In this document: positions 27,336-36,076 of the stretch, piece after piece
How positions within the stretch are numbered: position 1 is the stretch's first letter
Layout of the letters: every line of letters begins with the position of its first letter
NCBI GenBank assembly: GCA_039810245.1
Contig: JBDHWQ010000023.1
Span: 603 to 64,602 of the forward strand
Source of the DNA: Longilinea sp.
Lineage (GTDB): Bacteria > Chloroflexota > Anaerolineae > Anaerolineales > Anaerolineaceae
Length of the DNA: 64,000 bases
Direction: 5' to 3'
Translations under genes and position numbers: made by a program
The notes under the pieces: generated by a model
The model's input: only the letters and a program-made list of their open reading frames with translations
Told to the model about the DNA's origin: nothing
Databases searched by the model: none

Positions 27336-28220
27336 ATGGATATGATGGTCTCCAGTAACCAAAAAGAAAAAGCTGAGCAATTCTTGAAATATCATTATGA
27401 TCAAGAGATTCTGGTTCTGCTAAATTCGTGGGACATCGGAAGTTCTAAAGTAGTAGAAGCAAGTGGCTTTAAAGCAATTGCTACAACGAGCATGGGGATA
27501 GCAGCATCATTCGGTTATCCTGACGCTCAGGTCATACAATTGTCAGAAATGCTTCAAGTTATCACCGGGATTGTACGGGCAGTACAGGTTCCAGTATCCG
27601 TTGATATCGAGGCCGGTTACGGAAATAATTTAACTGAAGTAATTGAGTCGGTGAAAAAGATCATTGCAACAGGGATTGTAGGGATAAATATTGAAGACAG
27701 TGTTAACTTAAGTCCTGTGTTGATTGACGAGATGGAATTTTGCGAAAGGATATCCGCCATTCGCGAATTATCAAATTCCCTGGGCTTTCATTTAGTCATT
27801 AATGCCAGAACCGATTCCTTTTATACTTCGACAGGCTCAACACAAGAAAAATTATCGGAATCGATCAGGCGCGGTAACAAATATCGAGAGGCTGGCGCCG
27901 ATTGCATATTTGTACAACCTGTATGGGAAAAAGAAACGATAAAGACATTGGTAAAGGAAATCAATGCCCCCATTAATATTCTTGCAAACCCCAGTTTTGG
28001 AGGAGGAGCGCCGGCATCGGTAAGCGAATTGCAGGATATGGGTGTCGCCCGTTTAAGCCTTGGTTCAAGTTTAATGAAAGCCACCCTGGCTTTGATGAAA
28101 AAAGTTGCCGACGAACTTTCTGAAAATGGGACGTATAACATTTTACTGGACAGCTTAACACCAGCTTCGAATGCTGCAATGGCCTATAAAATGGCAACTA
28201 GAATGAAGAATAGTCCCTGA
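27336..28220 (+). CDS. isocitrate lyase / PEP mutase superfamily protein
   Basis: 'LLNSWDIGSSKVVEASGFKAIATTSMGIA', 'VSVDIEAGYG' and 'GINIEDS'. The gene is about 38-40% GC by eye, far below the flanks. Confidence 0.75.
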   Translation: MDMMVSSNQKEKAEQFLKYHYDQEILVLLNSWDIGSSKVVEASGFKAIATTSMGIAASFGYPDAQVIQLSEMLQVITGIVRAVQVPVSVDIEAGYGNNLTEVIESVKKIIATGIVGINIEDSVNLSPVLIDEMEFCERISAIRELSNSLGFHLVINARTDSFYTSTGSTQEKLSESIRRGNKYREAGADCIFVQPVWEKETIKTLVKEINAPINILANPSFGGGAPASVSELQDMGVARLSLGSSLMKATLALMKKVADELSENGTYNILLDSLTPASNAAMAYKMATRMKNSP

Positions 28221-28370
28221 CATAGAATGAATTGATAAAAAAGCCTGATCGGGGAATATTTGTTATCGTCAGGTTTTCTGCGTCAGGTTACCCACCGTTG
28301 GAGCAAAATATATAAAGTCTCAGGGTGGGCATATCAACCAGGTGTTATGGCAAACGAATACACAGGCGCT

Positions 28371-28856
28371 TTAACCTGCGTTCTGCCTTTCCGGTTGTTT
28401 TTGCACGTTCTCGCGTTCCTGTTCCCATAGCTGTGCAAATCGTTCAAAAACGATGGCGATGAATTCTATTTCATCCTCTGAAAACTCTGCGATTAACGCT
28501 GCCTGTGCCTTTCGCGCCGGTTCAAACCACGCCGCGACTTTTTCCGCGCTCGATTTTGCCGGAAAGATCAGCGTTCCGCGGCGGTCATGAGGGTTCGGCT
28601 GGCGTTCAATCAAGCCCGCTTTTTCGAGGCGGTCAAGCATGGCCGTTGCCGCGCCGGATGTGAGACCGGTATGCCGGGCAATTTTGGATGGCGTGGAAAC
28701 GCCCTCGAGAAACAAGAGCCTGAGACATTCCATGTCGGTTGCGTTGAGCCCGGCCCACTCGTTCATTGCGTTGCGGAACAGCGTCAACTGTACGCCATAA
28801 TCCCTGACCGCGCTCAAAGCCCGGATTTTCAAATCTGTATTCGTTGGATCTGCCAT
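28371..28856 (-). CDS. MarR-family transcriptional regulator
   Basis: Trimmed to 'MADPTNTDLK'. The winged HTH is 'TPSKIARHTGLTSGAATAMLDRLEKAGLIERQPNPHDRR'. Confidence 0.85.
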   Translation of the reverse strand: MADPTNTDLKIRALSAVRDYGVQLTLFRNAMNEWAGLNATDMECLRLLFLEGVSTPSKIARHTGLTSGAATAMLDRLEKAGLIERQPNPHDRRGTLIFPAKSSAEKVAAWFEPARKAQAALIAEFSEDEIEFIAIVFERFAQLWEQERENVQKQPERQNAG

Positions 28857-28866
28857 AAAAAGCCTC

Positions 28867-28901
28867 TTGACATTATCTTTATTATGAAGTATCTTTATTA
28901 T
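28867..28901 (+). promoter_or_regulatory. sigma-70-like promoter with two 11-nt direct repeats (candidate MarR operator)
   Basis: TTGACA at 28867-28872, a 17-nt spacer, then TATCTT. ATCTTTATTAT occurs at 28875-28885 and again at 28891-28901. The site lies between the divergent MarR and DUF1801-like genes. Confidence 0.5.
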
Positions 28902-28981
28902 ATAACATAAACCATGTGGATGCAAGCATCTTGCGGAAACAAGGAAAGAGATCAACCCCGATTTCGTGTCAGGAGGTTTTT

Positions 28982-29458
28982 ATGGGTGAACAATCAAAAA
29001 CGCAAAAATCTGCCAGGAGTGCCGCGGCGGATCAGACATCTCAGGGATTTACGGAAGATGAAAAAGCCGCGATGCGTGAGCGCGCCAAAGAATTGAAAGC
29101 GCAAGCACGCGCGGGTAAGGACAGAGAGGCTGGAGAAAAGGCAGTGCTCGAGAAGATCGCCGAGCTTCCGGAATCAGACCGCCGCATGGCCGAGCGCATT
29201 CATGCGATTGTCTCAACCCATGCGCCCGCGCTCCTGCCGCGTACCTGGTACGGGATGCCCGCATATACCCTTGACGGTAAGGTGGTATGTTTCTTCCAGG
29301 CAGCCGCGAAGTTCGATGCCAGGTATGCTACTTTTGGTTTTAACGATTCGGCCAACCTTGACGATGGGTCCATGTGGCCGACTGCTTTCGCGCTCAAGGA
29401 GATCACCGCCGCGGAAGAGGAGATGATCACCGCGCTGGTGAGAAAAGCAGTAAGCTGA
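28982..29458 (+). CDS. DUF1801 (YdhG-like) domain protein
   Basis: Trimmed to the ATG at 28982, which follows AGGAGG. Contains 'WYGMPAYTLDGKVVCFFQAAAKF'. Confidence 0.65.
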   Translation: MGEQSKTQKSARSAAADQTSQGFTEDEKAAMRERAKELKAQARAGKDREAGEKAVLEKIAELPESDRRMAERIHAIVSTHAPALLPRTWYGMPAYTLDGKVVCFFQAAAKFDARYATFGFNDSANLDDGSMWPTAFALKEITAAEEEMITALVRKAVS

Positions 29459-29708
29459 TCCAAAACCGCCAGGGTTGCCGTTTGTGATTGTGAGGCATCC
29501 AGCGGAGCCGGGTATGCTACCGGCCCTGGTTCGAAGCTGGACATGAAAACCGCCCCGGGGCTGACTCGAACGCAGACCCCGGGACGGTTCTGTGTTCAGG
29601 CCAGCACGCATAAGAATACCGTAAGCGGATGGCCTTTAGCGGTTCCAGGTTTTCTCGCGAATGCCGTTCCTGCCCGGGCTACAGCGCCGATGTATAATCG
29701 AATTTAGA

Positions 29709-32456
29709 ATGCTTCCCTCTCTCCTTTCCACCAAGCTATTCATCCCCCCGGTGCGCGAAGGCGCGGTTACGCGGTCGCGTCTGATCCAAAAATTGATGAC
29801 CGGCCTGGGATGCCCGGGCTGTTTTGCCCTGCTCTCGGGACCGGCCGGTTTTGGGAAAACGACGCTGCTGAGCGAATTTGCAGCACAAAGCAGGCAGCCG
29901 GTTGCCTGGCTTTCCCTGGATGAAGGCGATAACGAACCCAACCGGTTTTGGGCTTACCTGATCAAAGCCTGCCAAACTGCCGTCCCCCAGGCCGGTGAAA
30001 CCGCGCTGGCGCTGCTGCGCTCCCCGCAGCCTGTCACCGATGACGCCATCCCCACACTGCTGATCAATGATTTGGCCGGCCGGCAAGAGCCGCTGGTGCT
30101 GGTTTTCGACGATTACCATGCTATTCAGAACCCTGCCTTGCATGCGGGGGTTTTGTTTCTGCTCGACCATCTGCCCAATCACATCCATTTGATTGTGGCG
30201 ACCCGCACAGATCCCCCCTGGCCATTGGCGCGTTTCCGCGCGCGTAACCGCATGATAGAGATCCGCGCGCAAGATTTGCGCTTTACCCTTGATGAGGCGG
30301 CGGCGTTCTTCCGACAGACGATGGGGCTGGCCCTTTCAACCGGCTCGCTGGCGGCCCTGTCTGAGCGTACCGAAGGCTGGGCTGCAGGCCTGCAACTTGC
30401 CGCGCTCTCCATGCAGGGGCGCGGTGATGCAGATGCGTTTATCCAGGCTTTCACCGGCAGTAATGTGTACATCGCTGAATACCTGATCGATGAAGTTCTC
30501 AGGCGCCAGCCCGAGGAGCTGCAGGCGTTCTTGCTGCAAACCTCCATTCTAGACCGGCTGAGCGGCGCGTTGTGCGATGCTGTCACCGGCCGCGAGGGCG
30601 GCGAGGCAGCGCTTAAGGCGCTGCAGCAGGCCAACATTTTTATCATCCCGTTGGATGATGAAGGCCGGTGGTTTCGGTACCACCGCCTGTTTGCCGACCT
30701 GTTGAAGGCCCGCCTGCACACCAGCAGCCCGAAATCCATGCTGGAGCGCTTACATCAAAACGCGGCTGGCTGGTACGAACACAATGGCATGGTCGGTGAG
30801 GCGGTAGAACACAGCCTGTCTGCGGGGGATTACCCGCGGATGGTGCGCCTGGTGGAAGCCGCTGCCCTGCCACTGATCCTGCAAGCCAATGTGCGCACGG
30901 TCGAAGCCTGGCTCCAGGCTATCCCGGAGGCGCTGGTTGAAAAAAGCGCTCGCATCAATATGGCTCACGCCTGGATGAACCTGCTGCGCGGGATGCCGCA
31001 GCAGGCCGCGCCATATCTCGAACGGCTGCGCGATATTTTTGCGGCTGCTGGTCCCACCGTTCAGGACCCGTCGCTGCAAGCAGAATGGCTGGCGATCCAG
31101 GCGGAGCTGTTGATTGCCCAGGGGCGGGCAATGGAAAGCCGCGATCTGGCCATCCGGGCGCAGGAGATGCTGCCGCAGGTGGAACCTTACGCTCGCAGCA
31201 TGCTGTACGTCACGCTGGCAAAGGCTTACCAGCAAACCCTGGACGATGACCGCGCCATGCAGGTGTTCCAGATGATCGTCCAGGATGCCCGCCAGAGTGG
31301 CGACATTACCTTTGAAGTGTTGGGCACTTCAGCCCAGGCGCAGACAGTTTTAAAGCAGGGTCGGCTTCATCACACCTTTGAAATTGCCAACGAGGGCATT
31401 CGCCGGGTGGAGCAGTCGGGCATTCACGTGCCATTCAGCGCTACCCTGTATGGTGAGCTGGGGCAGGTCTACTTTCACTGGCACAAGTTTGATCTTGCCA
31501 GGCAGAATTTGCGCCGTTCGATGGAGATCAGCGGCAGAAGCGGCTATAGCGATCCGGAGATTTACTTCCACCTGATGCTATCCAAAATGTGCCAGATGGA
31601 GGGCGATATCGAAGGCACGGTGCAGGAAATGGAGCAGGCCAGCCGGTTGGCACGCATGATCCCGCCGGTGATGGTGCGCGCAAACATGATTGCGCAGCAG
31701 GTGCGCGTGTACCTGGATAGCGGCCAACGGGCTGCCGCCGAGCACCTGCTGGCAGCCGAAGGGTTCCGTTTTGATGATGCTTTTATTTTTCCTGATCTGC
31801 CCCCCGGCGCGCCCGTTACCCTGGAGGCCGGGCTGGTGTATAACAGCGCTTTGCGGGTGATGCTTTCGCGCGCGCAAAGCGGCCGGCCGGACCTGGCGGC
31901 CGCGATCGAGCTGGCCGGGCGGTTGATCGAAGGCGAGCTGCGCAGCGGGCATCTGCCAGCGGCGCTGGAGACACTGCTGCTGCTCAGCCAGATGCACGCG
32001 CTGCTGGGTGACCATTCGGCCAGCCGGGCCGCGGCCGGCCGGGCGCTCGCGCTGGCCGAGCCGGAAGGTTTCCTCAGCACGTTTGTCGAAGAGGGCCGGC
32101 CGCTGGCCGCAATCCTCAAGGAGCTTGCCGGCCAGGAACACTCTGCATTTCTTCAGGAGGTTCTTGGCGCTTATCCTGCTGCGGATGACGCGGGTGAGGC
32201 CACCCGGCCCATCTCGGCAGCCAGCCCGTCCGTTCCGCAAGTGCCTCTGGTTGAGCCATTATCCGCGCGCGAGCTGGAAGTGCTGCGGCTGATTGCCGCC
32301 GGCGATTCTAACCGCGTGATCGCCGAAAAGCTGGTTATCACGGTCAGCGCGGTCAAAAAACACAGCGGGAATATTTACGGCAAATTGGCCGTTAATAGCC
32401 GCACGCAGGCCGTTTCGCTCGCCCGGCAGTTGGGGCTGCTCGCTACACACGAGTAA
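29709..32456 (+). CDS. MalT-like STAND ATPase / LuxR-family transcriptional regulator (paralog of 18718-21474)
   Basis: Trimmed to 'MLPSLLSTKLFIPP'. Has 'SGPAGFGKTTL', 'VLVFDDYHAI', 'ERTEGWAAGLQLAAL', and a C-terminal LuxR HTH ('LSARELEVLRLIAAGDSNRVIAEKLVITVSAVKKHSGNIYGKLAV'). A TATAAT box at 29693-29698 lies 10 nt before the ATG and there is no SD. Confidence 0.85.
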   Translation: MLPSLLSTKLFIPPVREGAVTRSRLIQKLMTGLGCPGCFALLSGPAGFGKTTLLSEFAAQSRQPVAWLSLDEGDNEPNRFWAYLIKACQTAVPQAGETALALLRSPQPVTDDAIPTLLINDLAGRQEPLVLVFDDYHAIQNPALHAGVLFLLDHLPNHIHLIVATRTDPPWPLARFRARNRMIEIRAQDLRFTLDEAAAFFRQTMGLALSTGSLAALSERTEGWAAGLQLAALSMQGRGDADAFIQAFTGSNVYIAEYLIDEVLRRQPEELQAFLLQTSILDRLSGALCDAVTGREGGEAALKALQQANIFIIPLDDEGRWFRYHRLFADLLKARLHTSSPKSMLERLHQNAAGWYEHNGMVGEAVEHSLSAGDYPRMVRLVEAAALPLILQANVRTVEAWLQAIPEALVEKSARINMAHAWMNLLRGMPQQAAPYLERLRDIFAAAGPTVQDPSLQAEWLAIQAELLIAQGRAMESRDLAIRAQEMLPQVEPYARSMLYVTLAKAYQQTLDDDRAMQVFQMIVQDARQSGDITFEVLGTSAQAQTVLKQGRLHHTFEIANEGIRRVEQSGIHVPFSATLYGELGQVYFHWHKFDLARQNLRRSMEISGRSGYSDPEIYFHLMLSKMCQMEGDIEGTVQEMEQASRLARMIPPVMVRANMIAQQVRVYLDSGQRAAAEHLLAAEGFRFDDAFIFPDLPPGAPVTLEAGLVYNSALRVMLSRAQSGRPDLAAAIELAGRLIEGELRSGHLPAALETLLLLSQMHALLGDHSASRAAAGRALALAEPEGFLSTFVEEGRPLAAILKELAGQEHSAFLQEVLGAYPAADDAGEATRPISAASPSVPQVPLVEPLSARELEVLRLIAAGDSNRVIAEKLVITVSAVKKHSGNIYGKLAVNSRTQAVSLARQLGLLATHE

Positions 32457-32489
32457 CTGCGCGCTTCTTCTAATCGCATCCGGCCTGGA

Positions 32490-32522
32490 GGGCAGGTGTA
32501 CTTTGGTACACCTGCCCTTTTA
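32490..32522 (+). terminator. rho-independent terminator
   Basis: GGGCAGGTGTAC-TTTG-GTACACCTGCCC forms a perfect 12-bp stem followed by TTTT. Confidence 0.75.
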
Positions 32523-32616
32523 ATCCGCGCGCCAGCAAGACGCCACTTTCGGACAATGACACGGCCTGCACCGCGGCATATATTGGTATGGAAAACCCAT
32601 TCTGAAGGAGTATGAA

Positions 32617-33384
32617 ATGTCCATTCCAAGCACTGCCATTCAACAGCAAACTACCCGGCACGCGCCGGCAAGCTCGCCCTGGCGCAGCGTTTGCATACTG
32701 GGCGGCGCTGCCGCGCTGCTGACCGTGCTGACCGCGCTGATCGAAATGCTGATTACATTTTTGCCGGGCGGTTATACCAGCGCCGGAACCGTGATCGAGT
32801 GGTTTGCGCTGCTCCAGGCGAACCCCTTCCTGGGGATGCGCAACCTGGGGCTGCTCAACATCATCATGACCGCGCTGAGCATACCTCTGATCTTTGCCCT
32901 GTATTGGGTGCACCGGGATACTACCCCGGCTTCTGCCGCCCTGGCGCTGATCCTCGCGCTGATCGGCCTGGCCGTGTTCTACGCCACCAACCGCGCCTTC
33001 CCCATGTACGACCTGAGCGCGCGTTACGCTGCGGCTTCCAGCGAGGCTGAACGAGCGATGATTTCGGCGGCCGGGCAGGCCATGCTGTCGGTCGGGCAGA
33101 GCCACACGCCGGGCACGTTTCTGGCCTTCTTCTTCTCTGAGGTCGCCGGCATCCTCATGGCGGTGGTCGTTCTGCGTGGCAGGCTGCTCAACCGCGCGGC
33201 GGCTTTGGCCGGGCTGGTGGGCTACAGCTTCCTGCTGGTCTTCGAAGTGCTTTCGTCCTTTGTGCCATCCTCTCACCAGGCAATTCTGGTCATCGCGATG
33301 GTTGGCGGGCTTGCCAACCTTACCTGGTACATCCTGGCTGGCATTAGCCTTTTCCGCCTGAGCCGGTTCACGAACGGCCGTTGA
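32617..33384 (+). CDS. DUF4386-like multi-pass membrane protein
   Basis: Hydrophobic throughout. Paralogous to the next gene ('TPGTFLAFFFSEVAGILMAVVVLRG' versus 'TPGTFLGLAFTQIAGILIATTMLRS'). Confidence 0.6.
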   Translation: MSIPSTAIQQQTTRHAPASSPWRSVCILGGAAALLTVLTALIEMLITFLPGGYTSAGTVIEWFALLQANPFLGMRNLGLLNIIMTALSIPLIFALYWVHRDTTPASAALALILALIGLAVFYATNRAFPMYDLSARYAAASSEAERAMISAAGQAMLSVGQSHTPGTFLAFFFSEVAGILMAVVVLRGRLLNRAAALAGLVGYSFLLVFEVLSSFVPSSHQAILVIAMVGGLANLTWYILAGISLFRLSRFTNGR

Positions 33385-33415
33385 TCCGCGATTGCAGAAA
33401 AATTCAGGGAAGAAA

Positions 33416-34192
33416 ATGGAAACAAACACACTGAATCCTCAAAATATTCCAACCGCGCGGCTCGCGCTGGTTACAGCAGATGCGCGCGGGACAACCCTCT
33501 ACCGTGTGGCGGCGCTGATGTCGCTGTTGATTGTGCTCGCCGGGCTGACCGACGCGATTACCTCAATGGGCGTTGAGGCTTATGATAACCGCGCGGCCGC
33601 GATCAGCGATTGGTTGGCGCTGTTTCAAGACGACTCCTTTGCCGCGTTCAGCCGGCTGGGCCTGATCAATATCATTACCCTCTCGCTGGGTATCCCGATC
33701 TACCTGGCCTTCCAGCGGGCTTTTCAGCAGCGCCGCGCGCTGGTCGCCTTTGCCTCGATGCTGTTCTTCATCGGGACGGCGGTTTACCTGTCGAGCAATA
33801 CCGTCTTTCCGCTGTACGCGCTCAGCCAGCAGTATGCCACTGCGCCCGCCGCGCAAAAGCCCATGCTGGAAGCCGCCGGGCAGGCGCTGCTGGAGCAAGG
33901 CGCAGACCTGACGCCGGGCACGTTTTTGGGGCTGGCCTTCACGCAGATCGCCGGCATACTGATCGCCACTACGATGCTGCGCAGTGCCATCTTCAGCCGG
34001 TGGACCGGCAGGCTGGGCCTGGCCGGGTTTAGCGTGATGCTTATCTTTTTCAGCCTTGCCGCTTTCCTTCCTGATCATTACGATACCGCCATGCTGATCT
34101 CCGCACCGGGTGGGCTGCTGTTGGTGGCATACCAACTGATGCTGGCGCGCAGGTTTTTCCAGCTCGCGAAATCCGAAAGGATGGACCAATGA
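33416..34192 (+). CDS. DUF4386-like multi-pass membrane protein
   Basis: Trimmed to the ATG at 33416 ('METNTL'). The TTG at 33392 is an alternative start. Its stop overlaps the flavodoxin start (ATGA at 34189-34192). Confidence 0.6.
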   Translation: METNTLNPQNIPTARLALVTADARGTTLYRVAALMSLLIVLAGLTDAITSMGVEAYDNRAAAISDWLALFQDDSFAAFSRLGLINIITLSLGIPIYLAFQRAFQQRRALVAFASMLFFIGTAVYLSSNTVFPLYALSQQYATAPAAQKPMLEAAGQALLEQGADLTPGTFLGLAFTQIAGILIATTMLRSAIFSRWTGRLGLAGFSVMLIFFSLAAFLPDHYDTAMLISAPGGLLLVAYQLMLARRFFQLAKSERMDQ

Positions 34193-34704
34193 ACAACGTA
34201 TTGGTTACCTATGCCAGCCAGGGCGGCTCCACCGCCGGGGTTGCCGCAGCGATTGGCCGGGCGCTCACCGAGTATGGCGCGTGCGTGGATGTCTTGCCGG
34301 TGAGAAATGTTTGTGACCTGAATGGATACAATGCCGTCGTGGTTGGCAGCGCTGTGCACAGCGGCAAATGGATGCCGGAGATGATGGCATTTGTTGAGCG
34401 CTATCAAACCAGCCTGCAGCGCATCCCAACCGCCGCTTTCCAGGTATGCATGATGCTGGCGACCGGAAATGAAGCCTACAAGGGCATGGCACACGACTGG
34501 TTTGCGCCCTTGCGCGCCTGTATTCGCCCGGCTGGTGAGGCAAGTTTTGCGGGGGCACTCTGGCCGGAGCGCTATCCCAAACTGACAGAAAAACTGGGGC
34601 TGCGCATCTTTCTGGCAGCCATCAAAGTGAAAGCGGGCGATTACCGCGATTGGGATGCCATCCACGATTGGGCATTGCAGATGGCGCCACGCTTAAGCCG
34701 GTAG
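34189..34704 (+). CDS. flavodoxin-like fold protein (HemG/flavodoxin family)
   Basis: 'MNNVLVTYASQGGSTAGVAAAIGRAL' is a flavodoxin-type phosphate-binding loop, followed by 'YNAVVVGSAVHSGKW'. Confidence 0.7.
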   Translation: MNNVLVTYASQGGSTAGVAAAIGRALTEYGACVDVLPVRNVCDLNGYNAVVVGSAVHSGKWMPEMMAFVERYQTSLQRIPTAAFQVCMMLATGNEAYKGMAHDWFAPLRACIRPAGEASFAGALWPERYPKLTEKLGLRIFLAAIKVKAGDYRDWDAIHDWALQMAPRLSR

Positions 34705-34712
34705 GCCTGCCA

Positions 34713-34937
34713 ATGAATACAGAATTTATTTATGAGATTCAGACGGAAGGGCATCTAACGGAGCGTTGGTCCGAATGGTTTGACGGGCTTACGATCCGCA
34801 ATGAGCCGGGTGGAGTGACGGTGCTGGCCGGCCCAATCTGCGATCAGGCGGCTCTGATCGGTGTGCTCGTCAAACTGCAGGCCCTCAACCTGACCATTCT
34901 CGCCGTCAGCAGATACCCGGTTGAGTCGAAGGGATGA
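34713..34937 (+). CDS. conserved small protein of unknown function (paralog of 14986-15246)
   Basis: Trimmed to 'MNTEFIYEIQTEGHLTERWSEWFDGLTIRNEPGGVTVLAGPICDQAALIGVLVKLQALNLTILAV'. It starts 9 nt after the flavodoxin stop. Confidence 0.6.
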   Translation: MNTEFIYEIQTEGHLTERWSEWFDGLTIRNEPGGVTVLAGPICDQAALIGVLVKLQALNLTILAVSRYPVESKG

Positions 34938-35018
34938 AAGCTGGCCGGCCCACGCGCGCGGGCGCCGGGAAAAAAGTTCTGGCCGGGGAAACCCTTTATA
35001 CTTGAAACTCTGAGAGTA

Positions 35019-35073
35019 GGTATAATGCCTAAATCAAGATCGCAGGTGATCGGCGCGGGGGCTTCAGGGATGA
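35019..35073 (+). repeat. upstream copy of a 55-bp direct repeat (promoter plus first codons of the 36036 flavoprotein gene)
   Basis: GGTATAATGCCTAAATCAAGATCGCAGGTGATCGGCGCGGGGGCTTCAGGGATGATG compares with GGTATAATGGCGGCATGAAGATCGCGGTGATCGGTGCGGGGGCTTCGGGGATGATG at 36022-36076. In this copy the ATG is mutated to TCA. Confidence 0.75.
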
Positions 35074-35143
35074 TGCCCGGTTTGCACGGCTGAACGAGGC
35101 TGAGTCTCATGCGGTACAATGCGCTCGGAAGGGAGAGGATATT

Positions 35144-35437
35144 ATGCTCAATGGAAAATCGATCCGTCTGCGGCCAGTGCGGGAAGCCGACCTCGATCAA
35201 CTCTATACGTACCACCTGGAGATTGACAACCGGGGCAACTACTACCCGCGTGAAGTCCTCGCCGGGCCGGTGTTCCGCAGGCAGTTTCAGGAAACTGGTT
35301 TCTGGGGCAAGGCAGATGGTACCCTCTGCCAGCCTGGCGCCTGCCTAGAGCAGCGCCAGCACCAGCAGAACCACGGCCAGCAGCAGCGCCCCTACGGCGG
35401 CAGCCACCTGTGCCGGCATCACCTTCTCCTGGTCTGA
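35144..35437 (+). pseudogene. 5' fragment of a GNAT (RimJ/RimL-like) N-acetyltransferase gene
   Basis: 'MLNGKSIRLRPVREADLDQLYTYHLEIDNRGNYYPREVLAGPVFRRQFQETGFW' looks like the first ~60 aa of a ~180-aa family. The acetyl-CoA-binding core is absent, and the ORF tail (Gln/His/Arg-rich) runs antisense into the convergent DUF3592-like gene. Confidence 0.45.
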
Positions 35438-35788
35438 GATATGCTCCGAGGGATTCTGCGGGTTGTAGCGCACCTGGATCGAATCACCCATCGATTCCAG
35501 CAGTTTATCGGCCTGCGCGCGCACGCCCTTGCTGCCCACAAAGAGCTTCTTCTCGAACGGGCCGCCCGGCGTAGCATAGCGGTAGGTCACTTCCGCCCGG
35601 TAGCTGTGGCCTCTGCCATTGGTGTTGCGGACGGATGAGACATCTCTGGCGAGCACCGTACCGGGTACCACCGGCCATTCTGCGCTGGCGGACTTTCTGC
35701 GATAGATGCTCATCACCTTCAGGCCGGAATAGATGCTGAAGCCGATCATGATCACGGCCAGCAAAATCATAGAGAACTGTGCGTTCAT
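35345..35788 (-). CDS. DUF3592-like membrane protein
   Basis: Trimmed to 'MNAQFSMILLAVIMIGF'. Has 'WPVVPGTVLARDVSS...YRAEVTYRYATPGG...IQVRYNPQNPSEHI' and a C-terminal TM helix. Confidence 0.6.
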   Translation of the reverse strand: MNAQFSMILLAVIMIGFSIYSGLKVMSIYRRKSASAEWPVVPGTVLARDVSSVRNTNGRGHSYRAEVTYRYATPGGPFEKKLFVGSKGVRAQADKLLESMGDSIQVRYNPQNPSEHISDQEKVMPAQVAAAVGALLLAVVLLVLALL

Positions 35789-36021
35789 GGCGTCCCCTGT
35801 TCTATAACTTAGTGTGTGCCTGGAAAATTCCCTATGATATATATAACTTATTTTGGGTGCTTTTGTTTCAATCAACCTAAAAATTACACCATTCGAGTTG
35901 TATCGAAAACAACCCGCAGGCCTGCGGAGAAACGATTGGTTTTTCTATAGGTACATCCGTACTGCGCGATGGATCAGCACCGGTGAATTTGCGGTGCTGT
36001 TTTTGCGCGCCGCCTTCTTCC

Positions 36022-36076
36022 GGTATAATGGCGGCATGAAGATCGCGGTGATCGGTGCGGGGGCTTCGGGGATGAT
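36022..36076 (+). repeat. downstream copy of the 55-bp direct repeat, functional and including the gene start
   Basis: See 35019-35073. TATAAT at 36024-36029 and ATG at 36036. Confidence 0.75.
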
